Assembly (NCBI RefSeq): GCF_018350175.1
Contig: NC_058378.1
Span: forward strand, 60,698,001 to 60,762,000
DNA length: 64,000 bases
Origin: Felis catus
Taxonomy: Eukaryota
Direction of reading: 5' to 3'
Both the position numbers and the translations under genes were made by a program. The notes beneath the pieces were generated by a model. It was not told where the DNA came from. It was given only the letters and a program-made list of their open reading frames with translations, and ran no database searches. Positions 24,731 to 37,647 of the stretch are shown piece by piece. Positions within the stretch are counted from its first letter, which is position 1. Each line of letters starts with the position of its first letter.

Positions 24731-27166
24731 GTTTCAGCGGCAGCATGCCAGCTATTGAGTAAAGAGCTTCTGGGTTAGCCCCAGACTGCTCAGTGGCTTG
24801 GTGGGGACAGGTGGTCCTAGGGTGAAGTCGCTGACCATCCAGTGCTGCTGTAGTTACCTGTTGGGGAGGGAGAGGAGGAAGGTCCCTCCCCCAGTAAGTA
24901 GAAAGTTCATTTCCAGAGTGAGGAGAATAGGCCCATGAGTATTTGGAATGGAGGGTGTCCCCCCCCCCCCCCAGGGGAGGTCCTCCTGCCAGGCCTGGAC
25001 CCTGCTCTGAGGAGACTGGGCAAGGAGGCAAGGTGGTTGTGAAACAGAAAATGCAGCAGATAATTCAGAGGTCAGCTGCCTGTTGAGAAAAGGACACCTA
25101 ATATTTGCACAGGGAGTTACACCTTTCAATTTCATTTGATACCCCTGAGGACAGGTAGAGAATGGAATTGTTTTCTCCTGCTTCACAGATGTAGGAATAA
25201 ACTCAGGTAGTTAGTAGTGATAATGTTCAAACTTGACTCAGGGCTCCTAACTCTAAATTATGCTTGTCAGTGGCCTTTTCCCTCTGCATTAAACTGCTTT
25301 GCCTACAGTCAGTAGGCCTTTTGGAGGGAATCAACAACACCCATCCTCCGCACGCCCCTCACTCTAGGGTCCCAGTCTGGCATTCTTGGTTTCCTCCACA
25401 AAATCCACCAGCCCCCTACCCGCTATAGGCCTGATAAAGTTTCAGAAATCAGGGAGATGCTACGATTTCCATCCTTTCTAGTTCTTTCTCTTCCAGAGGC
25501 CCGATGGGTCAAGAGGAGAGAGTTTTTATGCTACGGGATTCCTTCCAAACGGATCTGGTTCTGTCACCTCACCCCTCCCCCCCCCCCGTGTCCCCCACCC
25601 CATTGTCCTCAGGATAGAATCTTGTGTGTAGTCTGCAAAACCCTTCCTGATCTGGTGTCTTTCTTCTGCCTGCTTGCTCTGAGCTCCCTTTCCATATTGT
25701 ATCTGCTTTCTTAACACATGGTACGAGATGAATAAATGTTACTTTTTGTTATCACTATTCCTCTTTGTGCACCAGTTGCCTTGCTGTACATGTTTTATTC
25801 AGCAGGGTAGCTCCCCAGGTTGCCTTTTTCTGACTCCCACAGCCAGGCAGATCTGAGGGGTACAGTGGGATTTTGGGGTGGCACTCCTATGGCTGCTACT
25901 CTTCCCTAGTGCTGGGGATGCCCATATCGGCCTGTTTGGGGCAAATTGACCTAGCAGGTATTAATTGAGTACCTGCTGTGTGGTGAAGAAGCCTGGTGGG
26001 GGCAGGGAGTAGAAAACGGGTCTGACCTGGCCCTGCTCTTAAGGAGCTTAGGTACTGGAGAAGGGTACAGGAGGTATTTGGATCCTGATGAAGAAGCCAA
26101 GGGACCTGAAAAGGGAGAGAACACATGAGTAGGTGTACTCAGGAAGGCCATGCCACTGAACTAGGCCTTGAATCAGCAGAGTTTCATAAGATGGTGGTGG
26201 GGTTGGGCACAGTGACTTGAGAAATGCTGAGATTTTCTAGTCAAAAACACCTGTTGTGAATCTTTGCTCCAGCACCTAATAGCTTTGTGATTTGGGGCCA
26301 GTTATTTAACCTTCAGAGCCTTGGTTTCTTCACTTAGGAGATGGGAGTCGTAACAAGAGTTGTAAGGATTCTTGATGATGGATGTAAAAGCCAGGCATAC
26401 CCAGATGCCCGAGCAATGATATGTAGTTACATCTTGGGTATTTTAGGTGGAAGCAACAGCACGAACAAAGGTGCGGAGGTGGCATTTAAAAGAGAATTTG
26501 AGGGATGGCAGCAAGAGGCATCAGTGCTGGGTGCTAGAAAGACCAAGAAACCAGACAGCAGAGATACGAAAAAGAGTAGCAGTAGCTACTATTTATTGAG
26601 GAACTTGTATGTGCCAGGTTCTGTGCTTGGTGCGTTTTTGCATTTCAGCCCCTCAGCAATCTGAGAGGCTGGCATTATCACCCCACTTTGTAGATAAGGA
26701 GACCAGGCCTAGGGAGAAGAGGCTGGCTCAAAGCCACATAACTGGCACCATACCAGCAGGGGGCAGGGGGAGGGGGTAGGCCCTGGGGGCCTCCAACAGG
26801 CTCTCCTGCCAGGTGCCAAGGTAGAGGTGGAGTTGGTTACAGGATATTTCCCCTGGGTTATGCACCTGAGCTGGTGTGGGTTCCAAGCTGTTCCTCCCCT
26901 GGAGAGGCTGAGCTCTTGTTCTCTGCTGGGGCGTATTGAGGGTGGGAAGGGTGAGTAGGAGAAGGTGTTTCCTGGGGGAGGAGCAAAATCCGGAAGAGAA
27001 ACTGCTGGAGGGACCCTGGACACTCCTTCCCCAGCTCCTCTTCCTGGCAGAGGCTTATCTGGACAGGTTGTTTTGCCTCCGGCTTTGGCCTGTGGCGCGG
27101 GTTTGTGTCTGGCACTCCTGAATTTTGCGTGCATTCCTGCTACTTGTGGACTCTCTTTTTCTTAAC

Positions 27167-27331
27167 CTTTTTTTTTTTTTTTTTTTTTTTAAGTTTATTT
27201 ATTTTGAGAGAGAGAGAGAATGAGAGAATGAATCCCAGCAGGACAAGGGGCTCTACCTTACGAACCATGAGATCATAACCTGACCCGAACTCGATTCGGG
27301 CACTTAACCCACTGAGCCACCCAGGTGCCCC
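27167..27331 (-). mobile_element. Internally deleted CAN-SINE
   Basis: Long poly-T, (GA)n, head ending caggtgcccc. Confidence 0.75.
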
Positions 27332-27556
27332 TAGATTCTCTCTTTTGATTTACCCTTGTGTGCCCTGTCTTTTCTCTCAAATTGCCTTACCATGAGAAGG
27401 GACTGGATTACCAGGATATTCCCCTGCTCCTACTCCGATCTTTTATGAGTGAGCCCAAGAAAAAGCCAGTTTCTAAACATCTTCCATGTAACAGTGCTCT
27501 GGGCTTCTGGACATTAGTTTAATCCTTCCTGCATTCCTTTAAAGGATGGGTATTAT

Positions 27557-27771
27557 GGGGCACTTGGGTGGCTCAGTTGGTTTAGTGTCTGACTTCAGCT
27601 CAGGTCATGATCTCACAGTTTGTGGGTTGGAGCCCCACGTCAGGCTCTGTGCTGACAGCTCAGAGCCTGGGGCCTGCTTTGGATTCTGTGTCTCCCTCTC
27701 TCTCTGCCCCTCCCCTGCTCGAGCTCTGTCTCTGTCTCTCTCAAAAATGAAAAAAATGTTTAAAAGAAAAA
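27557..27771 (+). mobile_element. CAN-SINE
   Basis: Perfect 16-bp TSD aaaggatgggtattat at 27541-27556 and 27772-27787. Confidence 0.9.
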
Positions 27772-28240
27772 AAAGGATGGGTATTATTATTCACATCCTA
27801 CACATAAGGAAACCTAGGCTCAGACAGGTTAAGTGACTTGCCTGAGGTTACATTCTTAGTAGGAAGTGCATTTGGGATTTAAACTCCACCTCTTCTGATG
27901 GCAAAAGTCACACCCTTCCCTCCCACTTCAACCCCCTCTGAGGTTTTCTTCTGCCATTTCAGCAGGAAGCCAGCTGGTGGAGGCTGGGGACTTGCCTGCA
28001 AGGTTTACCTTCTAGCAACCAGGGCAGGTCACTGGACATCTGGGTAGGGGCCTGGGAGCCTTCACTCCCTTTGGACAAAGGCTTTGGAGGTGAGGTGAGG
28101 TGGGGTGGGGTGTGTGTGGGGGCAAGGGGTTCTGAAAGGCCCTGGGGAATCAGAGAAAGTGACCTGGGTTAAGGATAGCAACAGAGGTGTAAGTTGTGCT
28201 TCACAGCCCCAAAGCACCTTTAGATTAATAGTCCATCCTT

Positions 28241-28363
28241 GGGGCACCTGGGTGGCCCAGTTGGTTGAGCGTCTGACTCTTGATCTCAGCTCAGGGCTTG
28301 ATCTCAGGGTCGGAAGTTCAAGCCCTTCGTTGGGCTCCGCGCTGGGCGTGAAGCCTACTTAAA
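28241..28363 (+). mobile_element. Short CAN-SINE (no CT tract)
   Basis: ggggcacctgggtggcccagttggttgagcgtctgactcttgatctcagc...aagcctacttaaa. Confidence 0.8.
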
Positions 28364-29561
28364 CACTCACCCCATCCTTGTGTGGTGGGTTTGGAAGGTC
28401 TGAGAGGCTCAATAGCAGTAATGTCTGAAGTTTGAGTGTTCACCACACTTATGTGCTAAGGGCTTTAGAATAATTTCCCCTAGACTGCTAACAATAGTCG
28501 GCCCCACATTGGACATGAAGAAAGTCAGAGAGAGGTTAAGCAAATCGCTCCATGTCACACAGGAAGTAAATGGTAGAGTCAGGACTTACAAGACCCTCAA
28601 CTGTGTTTTCTTTCTGCTATGTTCCTTAGAAAGTGCCAGGGAGACTCTTAGGGTGATGGATATGTTCATGATGTCAATTGTGGCAGTGGTTTCACAGGTG
28701 TAAACAGTTTAAACTGATCACACTGCACACTTTGAATATATGCAGATCATTGTGTATCAATTATACCTCAATAAAACTGTAGGGGGAAAAATATTTCCTA
28801 ACAAATGTTTCTTCAGGGGCTCAGGAGCCCCAGAGAGAGGCTACCTGGCCATCTTCCGGCTTTGATGCCAAAGTAGGATCACTGTAGCTCAGGAGACATT
28901 TTCACAGACGTGGCTGGTTTTAGGTTGTTCCAACTGCTTTTCCTTCCCTCATTCCCCACCACTAGGCAAAGACGAGCGCCAGGTTGGATCTCTTGAATGA
29001 ACTGCCCTCATTTTCCAATGAGCCTGAGAGATCCCTCTGGGATTCCTTACTTATTCTCCCCTCAGGGCCTGTTTCTCTACCAGAGAGTGGTGGAGTCCAG
29101 CCCTCTGAGGGAGAGGGCGGGCAAAGAAGCAGGCCCTGCTCTTGGAAACCCACAGGTTGGAGTGGAGGCAGTCAGGAGAGTCTCGGCAGGAGGCATCCGT
29201 GAGGGGCTGGAGAAAGTGTGGTCTCTTGAAGGATGGGAGATGGGAGGCCACTTCTGGCAGGAGTACCACCAAGGACAAAGGCCTGGCCAGAGGAGAGGGT
29301 GACTTGGAGACTCTGGGAGGCAGGGAGAAGCCAGACTGCAGAGGCTCTGGAAGGGTGGACATGGAGGGGGAGCCATAGTGGGTCATGGGGCAAGGACAGG
29401 TCCTGGGGGTCACTACTGTTGGACTGGGGCTGAAATTGGCTCTCTAGGGCCCGACCACGATGGGAAGCAGAAGTTTCAGCTATGTGTGTGTGTGCGCACA
29501 TCAATGTGCCTGAGTTTAGGCTTGGGTCACAAGGGGTCTAAGAGGAATAGTCCTTGAGAGT

Positions 29562-29996
29562 ATGTGTAAATTTCAGAGGGCTGCAGTAACAGATTACTGC
29601 AAACTGGGTGGCTTAAAATTTATTCTCTCACAGTCTGAATCAACTCTGGTTGGTTGTGCTCCCTCCAGAGGCTCTAGGGAAGAATCCTCCCTTGCTTCTT
29701 CCCTAGCTTCTGGTGGTTGCCTGCTGCCCTTGGCGTTCCTTGGCTTGTGTCTGTATCACTCCAATTTCTACCTGTCTTTACATGGCCGTCTTCTTTCTGT
29801 GTGTGTCTGTCTCTGTGTCCAAATTTCCCTCTCCTTGTAAGGATACCCATCACTGGATTAGAGCCCACCGAATTCATTATGATCTCAACTTGGTTACATC
29901 TGCACAGATCCTGTTTCCAAATAAAGTCACACAGGTACTGGGGGTTAGGGCTTGAACATATCTTTTGGGGGGGGGACATTGATTTAACTTGCAACA
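29562..29996 (-). mobile_element. MLT1 (MLT1C-like) MaLR LTR
   Basis: gggctgcagtaacagattactgcaaactgggtggcttaaaa...tttccaaataaagtcaca...ggggttagggcttgaacatatcttttggggg. Confidence 0.75.
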
Positions 29997-31453
29997 GGGA
30001 GTTAGAAGGAAGTCCTCATAGCTTCCCTTTGGGGGGTCAGACACACACACACGGGTTATTCTGAAAAGAGAACAGCAGCTTTGAATCTAAAAAAAGAGAC
30101 AGCCAGACTTAATGCCTCGCTGCTTAAAGTGTGGTCATGGCCCAGTAGCCCAACGCCACCTGGGTGCCCTTTAGAAATACAGAATCTCAGATTCCTCCCC
30201 AGACCTCCTGAGTCAAAAGTCTACATTTTGAAGTACCCAGGTGACTTGAAAGTACGTTCCAGTTTGAGAAGTCCTGCTCCAATAAAAATCTGATTTATTT
30301 CCTTCCCACTCATGGCCAGTCTTGCCTTCCCGCCTCTGTGTACAAGTCAGCCTGGTTGGAAGACAGGAACCCACACTGTGCTTTATTCTCTCTTTTCATG
30401 TAACATGTTCTTGAATTTCTCTCCTACGTGTCAAGGTGGCCCACATGCTTGCCTTTTCTGGAGAGCATTGGCCTTGCTGAGCCAGTCTCTTTGTTGCATC
30501 TTGGGCTGTGTCCGACTTTTTGCTGTTTATTACTGTTGCTGCCATGAACGTCTCTGTACATATTCCTTTGGGCCTAGTTCCTTGAAGTGGAATTTCCAGA
30601 ATCAAAGTACATGAGTAGGTGTGGACTCTTGCCAGATCTTATCATTCTTCAATACCTAACAGGACCTGACATCGTAGCAACTTTCTCTATTCTACCCAAC
30701 AGTGTATAGGAACCTGATTTGAAAGGTCAAGTGGCAGAAAAGGGTTTGGAACCAGACAGGTCAGGGGTCAAATCTCCCACTTTTCTGCTGTCTGACATTG
30801 GGCAAATTACTTAACATATCTGAGCTTGGGGTGCTTTCCAATAACATCATAATTGTGCTATAATTTTTGTATTGTCGGGATTTTATAAGGATAATCATGA
30901 CACCACCACCATCCATTATTGAACGCTTTCTGTGAGTTACCTCACTTGACCCTTACCCTCCACTGCAGAGTGGACGTGATCATCCCCTTTGCCCTTTTAC
31001 AGAAAAGGAAACTGAGGCTTAGGTCAAGTAGCTTGCCTGAGGTTACAGGGACGTTGTGTGCCCAGGCCCACAGTCATCACATCCAGATTGTGAAGGTGTG
31101 TGTGATAAGATAGTGTGGTGAGCACACTCCCCTAGCATGTGACCTGGCTCAGCACTTCTTTTCCCACGACTTTATCAGTCTTCTTGGGTTACTCTCAGTG
31201 GTATCCAGCCCAGCACTGTTTTAGCTGTATAGTCATTGATGTCAGTGATGATTCCCCAGCTTGGTTTGATGTACAAACTTTCTCCCAGTGGAAATGAGTT
31301 TTTAAGTGACTCAGAGGTCTGGGGTTGGGAACAGAGCTGGCTCTGATCCCTGCAGCTAACGGGCTCCTTCTTCCCCAGGGACAAGAATGGCCAGACTGCC
31401 CTTGGCTGTGAGCGCTCCTCAGTGCTCCTGGGGCTGAGGCTGAGCTGGCAGCC

Positions 31454-31621
31454 ATGGGGCTGGGCAGGCTCCAGGCTTGGATGCTGGGCCTGCCTACGGC
31501 TGTGGTCTATGGCTCCCTGGCCCTCTTCATCTCCGTCCTGCACAACGTGTTCCTGCTTTACTATGTGGACACCTTTGTCTCGGTGTACAAGATCAACAAA
31601 ACTGCCTTCTGGGTTGGAGAG
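31454..31621 (+). CDS. MFSD13A: MFSD13A (TMEM180) coding exon 1
   Basis: GCCATGG Kozak; [56 protein letters not shown]; donor GAG|GTAGG; exon acceptor at 31377-31378. Confidence 0.95.
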
Positions 31622-31968
31622 GTAGGCCAGCACTGGGTGGGAGCCAGGCGGATTGCAAGGCTGGGTCCCACCCAGTCTGGAGCTTGGGGCTGGCCAGGTT
31701 GCCCACCTCAATTCAGCAAGAAAAGCTGGAGCTGGAGCTTTGATAAATGTTCATTTATCAGCTGGATAAATTCACCCTGGATGGGTGGGAGTTTGATGGG
31801 GGGGCGGTGGCTGGTAGAGTGGGTTTTGGCAGAGGGACTGACCTGAGCAGAGGTTTGCAGGCAGGAAAGCTGTGCTCATCTTGAGGGGTGGCGAGCAGGC
31901 TGGGTGGGGAAACCTCCGGAGAGGAGGTTGCCTGGAGCCCACCTGCCCCATCTCCTCTCTGCCCACAG

Positions 31969-32051
31969 ACGGTGTTTCTCCTCTGGAACAGCCTCAACGA
32001 CCCCCTCTTCGGTTGGCTGAGTGACCGTCAGTTCCTCAGCTCCCAGCCCCG
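31969..32051 (+). CDS. MFSD13A: MFSD13A coding exon 2
   Basis: CACAG|ACG; [27 protein letters not shown] (MFS_2/MelB-like DPxxGxxSDR motif); CG|GTTTGT. Confidence 0.95.
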
Positions 32052-32626
32052 GTTTGTGTCCTGTGGGTGGGTCACAACGGGTCCTGTCCCATCCCACTCC
32101 TCCCCAGGGGGTGTCTGTGTTTGGGGTGGGGAGAGAAAAAGGAAACCATTTTCAGCTTTTGACCAGGCCCCCTCCCTTCCCAAGGTCAGTCAGGCTCTGG
32201 CCATGTGGGAGAATGGCCTTGACTAACTGTTGCCTTGCTCACGTGGGAAGAGATTTACCTCAGCTTGCCTTGTCAGGTCCTTAGAACTGGGAGCTGTACA
32301 GCAAACACTCTCTGTTGCTTCTGGCAGATTCCTTTACCCCATCCTGCTTGGGCCCACCACTGCCCCCAACCCTGAGAAATAGGTGTCCCACCACCCTTTG
32401 GCCATCAGCCCTGGCAGGCTTGGCAAGGGACCAGACAAGAGAGTGTACCCCCTGGAGAGTTGTGCTTCCTAAATCAGAGGCTGAGGACTCAGGGCTCAGT
32501 GGGACCACCCTGGTGTGAGTTCCATACTCTGGGCCTCTGTCCTTCCTCTGGGGCCTGGGCAGGGGGGGAACTGGGGCTCATCAAGTTTGTAAAAGCATCT
32601 CCCGACTTTCCTCCTCTCTCTGGCAG

Positions 32627-33079
32627 GTCGGGTGCCGGGCTCTCCTCCAGGGCCGTGGTGCTGGCACGGGTGCGGGCCCTGGGCTGGCACGGGCCGCTGC
32701 TGGCATTGTCGTTCCTGGCATTCTGGGTGCCCTGGGCCCCAGCTGGCCTGCAGTTCTTGCTGTGCCTGTGCCTCTATGATGGTTTCCTGACTCTCGTGGA
32801 CCTGCACCATCATGCCTTGCTGGCTGACCTGGCCCTCTCTGCCCATGACCGTACCCACCTCAACTTCTACTGCTCCCTCTTCAGTGCAGCTGGCTCCCTC
32901 TCCGTCTTTGCCTCCTATGCCTTCTGGAACAAGGAAGACTTCTCTTCCTTCCGCACCTTCTGCGTGGCACTGGCCACTGGCTCTGGGCTGGGCTTTATGG
33001 GGGCCACACGGCTGCTTAGGAGGCGGGTTGAGGCAGCCGGTAGGGAGCCGGAGTGCCCAGCCCTGGCTGTAGATGGCGG
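32627..33079 (+). CDS. MFSD13A: MFSD13A coding exon 3
   Basis: GGCAG|G; [15 protein letters not shown]...ALAVDG, several transmembrane segments; GG|GTGAGT; 453 nt in phase. Confidence 0.95.
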
Positions 33080-33230
33080 GTGAGTGGCCTGGCCCAGCTC
33101 TTCTGGTTCCCACCAACACTTCTGAGTGTGATTTCAACGCCGAGTCCCCTGGCTGATGGGTGGCTGGCCTGGGGTGGCAGATGGCTCTGGCCCAGCCTTA
33201 GGCCATCCGTGACTCCCCTCTGCCCTGTAG

Positions 33231-33354
33231 CCTGTGTGGAGAGGAGCTGCTTGTGGGCTGCAAGGAAGCAGGCAGCATCACTTTGGGCCAGTACCTCCAG
33301 CAGCTGGCACGCCACCGGAACTTCCTGTGGTTCGTGGGCATGGACCTGGTGCAG
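33231..33354 (+). CDS. MFSD13A: MFSD13A coding exon 4
   Basis: CTGTAG|C; LCGEELLVG...[12 protein letters not shown]; CAG|GTATGG. Confidence 0.95.
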
Positions 33355-33949
33355 GTATGGGAACAGGCCCCCGCCCGACGGGTAGGCCGCGCTCCACTCG
33401 AGGGAACAGGCTCCTCAAAAGCTGGGAAAGCAGTTCTGGGCCTCGTGTGAGGACTGCTGGGCAATTTGATAGCGGATACACAGGTCGGGTAGTTAGGAGG
33501 CCTGGATTCCGGCGCCCTCAGAGCTTCTAACTCCCTGTGTGATCTTGGGAAGTTCTGTCGGGGCAGGCCTGGGTGTCCTCACCTGCACAGTGAGGATATG
33601 AAAAAGGGGTGCCCTTTTGGGAACTCTGTGACAGTCTTTTTAAAACACTAAGTGCCATAGCTAAAACACATGCAGTGCAGAGGCTAGCCCAGGCTAGACA
33701 TAGATGGTGTTTATACTGTCAACTTGTTTTACTCAAGTATTTGAAACTAAAGAGTAAAAAAATCTTATTCCGTGGACCATCTTATCATTCCTTCACCTTT
33801 TAGCAAAATTAGGTAAGCAATAGGAATTTGGTTTGGGGTTTTATTCTGGCATGCTCCTGGTGGAGGGATATGAGGATAGAGCCTGCTGGTGCCCTTGCTG
33901 CCCAGCCCTGCGGCCCAGCGGCCTCCTCACTGCCCCTGTCGGCTTGCAG

Positions 33950-34046
33950 GTGTTTCACTGCCACTTCAACAGCAACTTCTTCCCCCTCTTCCTGGAGCAT
34001 CTGTTGTCGGACCACATCTCCCTGTCCACGGGCTCCTTCCTGTTGG
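33950..34046 (+). CDS. MFSD13A: MFSD13A coding exon 5
   Basis: TTGCAG|GTG; [32 protein letters not shown]; G|GTGAGT. Confidence 0.95.
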
Positions 34047-34544
34047 GTGAGTGGGCGCCTCGTGCAGGCTGGAGGAACTGAAGCTTGCACCCCAGGACCC
34101 CTCCCCCAGCTGCAGACGCAACTCCCTCCCGCGCTGGGGCCTGGCTGGCAGGGGGCAGAGGCCGCTGTGGGGTTGCATGTCCAGCCCCCACCGGCCCTGT
34201 TTGCCGGGGGGTGGGGGGGGGGCTGTTGCGGATGTGAGTAGGGTAGGACTGCTCTCTTGGTGCCCCCTGCAGTAGCTATTTAACAGCTAGGATTACAGGC
34301 TGAGGGGCTTGGGTGTGCTTCTTGACTCTGCTTATTCGCTGTGTGGCCTTGGGTATGTTTTATTTAAACTCTTGGGGCCTCCATTTGTCACCTGTAAAGT
34401 AGGAATAATATAGTACTTACCCTAAAGAGTTGTAGGGATTAAAGAAAAGGATGTGAAGCTCTTCGCACAGAGCCTGGCACGTCGTCAGTGTTCAATCAAT
34501 GCCAACTCTGATTCTGATCGTTAAGATGTGGATAATTAAAAACA

Positions 34545-34760
34545 ATTTTTTTAATGTTTACTTTTGAGAGAAAGAGAAAACTCGAGCAGGGGAGGGGGCC
34601 GAGAGAAAGGAAGACAGAATCCGAAGCAGGCTCTGTGCTGTCCGTGCAAAGTCCGATACAGGGCTCAAATCCATGAACTGTGAGATTATGACCCCAGCCA
34701 AAGTTGGTTGCTCAAATGACTGAGCCCTCCTCCCCCCCCCCCCCCCCGCCCGGGGCACCC
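34545..34760 (-). mobile_element. CAN-SINE with internal poly-C
   Basis: SINE body; C16 at 34732-34747; aagatgtgg repeated on both flanks. Confidence 0.75.
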
Positions 34761-34826
34761 CAAGATGTGGGTAATTGTGGAAGCTATGGCAGTGGCCCCT
34801 GACAAAGCCGCACCCTTTCTGCCCAG

Positions 34827-34998
34827 GCATCTCCTATGTCGCTCCCCACCTCAACAACCTCTACTTCCTGCCCTTGTGCCGGCGTTGGGGCGTCTACGCC
34901 GTGGTGCGGGGGCTCTTCCTGCTCAAGCTGGGCCTGAGCCTGCTCATGCTGTTGGCTGGCCCTGACCGCCCCGGCCTGCTCTGCCTCTTCATTGCCAG
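34827..34998 (+). CDS. MFSD13A: MFSD13A coding exon 6
   Basis: CCCAG|GC; [23 protein letters not shown]...LLCLFIA; AG|GTACGC. Confidence 0.95.
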
Positions 34999-35071
34999 GT
35001 ACGCGCTGCCCTCCCTCACCCCCACGCCTCTGTTCCACCCCTTCATTCTCGCCCCCTCTCTCCGCTGGCAG

Positions 35072-35265
35072 TAACCGTGTTTTCACTGAGGGCACCTGTA
35101 AGCTGTTGACTCTGGTGGTCACTGACCTGGTGGACGAGGACCTGGTGTTGAACCACCGTAAGCAGGCGGCCTCAGCTCTTCTCTTTGGCATGGTGGCCCT
35201 GGTGACCAAGCCAGGCCAGACCTTCGCCCCGCTGCTGGGCACCTGGCTGCTCTGCTTCTACACAG
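35072..35265 (+). CDS. MFSD13A: MFSD13A coding exon 7
   Basis: GGCAG|T; [23 protein letters not shown]...TWLLCFYT; G|GTGAGG. Confidence 0.95.
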
Positions 35266-35466
35266 GTGAGGGCCCTGGGAGCTGGCGCAGGGGCTTTTGA
35301 GGCTCCAGGGGTCAAAGCTTACCTGGCACACCAGCAGACAAACTGGGTCCAGTAAGGGAGAGAGAATGGCAGTTGGCCGACAGAAGCTGTGCCTGGGCCA
35401 CTCCTCCTCGGCCTCTCCCTACGTGGGTAGAGGACTTGAGTCTCCAATCTTCCAGTCTTTCAATAG

Positions 35467-35510
35467 TTCGTTCGTTCGTTCATTCGTTCATTCATTCATT
35501 CATTCATTCA
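35467..35510 (+). repeat. (TTCG/TTCA)n tetranucleotide tract at the end of an L2 fragment
   Basis: Direct reading; L2-like sequence follows. Confidence 0.8.
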
Positions 35511-36352
35511 ATAAATGTGTATTGAATACTTTCTCTGCCAAGAGTTGCTCCAGGTCCTCTAGGGAAATAACAATGGCCTTGCCATCATGGAACTTTTATT
35601 CTAGTCAGGGGGGAGGGATGGGGTTGGCAGGCAACAGCCAAAGGAGAAGACAGCAGGTAGTGGTAAAAGCAATGGTACCATGGACAGTGGGACTGAGAAG
35701 CTACTTTAGCGTGGTCCAGGAAGGCCTCTCTGAGATGACACCTAGGATGTGGACTGAAGAGCAAGGATTTGGTCTTGAAAGATCTCAGTGAATCCCAGAC
35801 AGAAGGGGAGGCAAGTGCAAAGGCCCAAGGTATCAGGGGTGGTTAGGAGACAAGGCTGGGAAAGTAGAGGGCTCTGTAAATCAGGACAGGGTTTGGATTT
35901 TATTCTCGTTGTGAAGAGATTCTATTTGCCACGGTTCTAAGCAGGGGAGTGACGTGGTCTGATCTATGTTTTTTCAACTTCACCCTGACTGCTGTGTGGG
36001 GAGTGGGTTGGGGAGGAGGCTGTGGCAGAGGCGATGGAAGCTTGGAGCAAGCGGTGCCAAGGGGGCCGGAAGAAAGTGTCCCGGTACCGGATGTGTTTTG
36101 GAATTGGGGGGAAGTGAAGGATTGGCTTTTGGGGAGTGGTGAGGTTTACTGAGGAACCCAGGAAGACTGAGGTTTTGGGTAGACAGTGGTACCAGACACC
36201 GAGAAGGGAAGAGCAGAGGCGAAGCAAGTTTGGGGAGGAATTGAGCTGTGGTTTAGACGTACACGTGTGTTGTTTGAGATGTGGCGCTGTGCTGTGGACT
36301 TTGGAGGAGACCAGGGCTGACCTTGTTCTTTCTGCATGCTCTCTTGTCCTAG

Positions 36353-36615
36353 GTCACGATCTCTTCCAGCAGCCCCCGCTGGCCCCTGTGGGGAGTGCTC
36401 AGCCATGGCCAGAGCCCCCGGCCCCGCCCCCGGCGCAGGCCCCGACGCTCCGCCAGGGCTGCTTCTACCTGTTGGTGCTGGTGCCCATCACCTGTGCTGT
36501 GCTGCAGCTGTTCACTTGGTCCCAGTTCACGCTGCACGGGAGACGCCTGCACATGGTCAAAGCCCAGCGCCAGAACCTATCACGGGCCCAAACCCTGGAG
36601 GTTAAGATGGTGTGA
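36353..36615 (+). CDS. MFSD13A: MFSD13A last coding exon
   Basis: CCTAG|GT; HDLFQQPP...[17 protein letters not shown]...TLEVKMV-stop; all 8 exons sum to 1554 nt = 517 aa plus stop. Confidence 0.95.
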
Positions 36616-37163
36616 CAGGCAGGCACAGCAAGGCCATCCTGCTGATGACACTGTCTGCCACCCTGGTCAGGAGCCACTTTTGCCAGCCCCCCATCCTGCC
36701 GCTGTGCCTTTACTGGGGCACAGCCTGGAGGACAGATGGCAGAGTGGGAGTTTCTGAGGTTGAGCCGGGAGCGTCACTGGGGTCTAAGTTCCTGCTTGGC
36801 TGTCTGACCCAGCTTGGGCAAGGGCTGGGCTGTATGTGCTCAGGGACCTCTTCCCCCTTTGGGGCTGGAGGAAGAAGAGAACCAAGAAGGGATGGGGCCG
36901 CCCTGTGGTCACACGGGGTTGCTGCATGGGCAGCATGGGGGCCTATCCCACTACCTGGCTGGGGCCGGTGCTTTGTGCGGTCTCAGAAGCCACTTTCACC
37001 CACTCAGGGGAAGCTGTGAGTCCCACTGCCCCCTCCCTCCACCTTTCCAGTGGTTTCTCTGAGCTGTCTGCTTCAGCTGTGCCTGAAGGAGTGTGCCCTA
37101 GCTGCTGCAGGGCTTCCCCACCCCCACCTGGCCTCTAAAAGAGGCTCATTTCATCGCAGACTG

Positions 37164-37169
37164 ATTAAA
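37164..37169 (+). terminator. MFSD13A: MFSD13A polyadenylation signal (ATTAAA)
   Basis: ATTAAA followed about 30 nt later by a GT-rich element (ggtgtgtgctgtgtgtgg). Confidence 0.65.
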
Positions 37170-37647
37170 GTCAGTCATTTCTATTCCCATTCTTGAGGTG
37201 TGTGCTGTGTGTGGGAGCAGTGGGTTGGTGGGGCTGGGGAACAGGATTCCTCAATAGGAAAAGTACCCTGAGAACGTTCTTCTGCCGATGAGTTGGTGGT
37301 GGTGATGGGGGAGGGCACCCTCATCAGATTTTTCACTGAGGGAGCAGGAAAAGCATGCAGACTGGTATCTGCGTGGGTATTTGAGAGCGAAATGACTTGG
37401 AGGCCTGTGGTCATGTCCCGGTGCCTTTCCTATACACCACTGCCAGACACGGTGAGCAAGAGCAGCTGCTTCCAAGACTGAGGTCCCCAACCCTGGAGTC
37501 ACTGGGAGCTCTCAAAAATGCTGAGGTCTTGAGTTCTGTTCCTCCAGATTCGGATTTCATGGATCTGGGGTATGGCCTGAGCACTGGGGTTTTGGAAAGC
37601 TCTGTGATTTTACTGGGCACCTGTAACTAATGCCCCTGTGCTCTAGG

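Noticed and set aside
32496-33137. 213-aa antisense ORF
   Set aside because: Shadow of MFSD13A coding exon 3.
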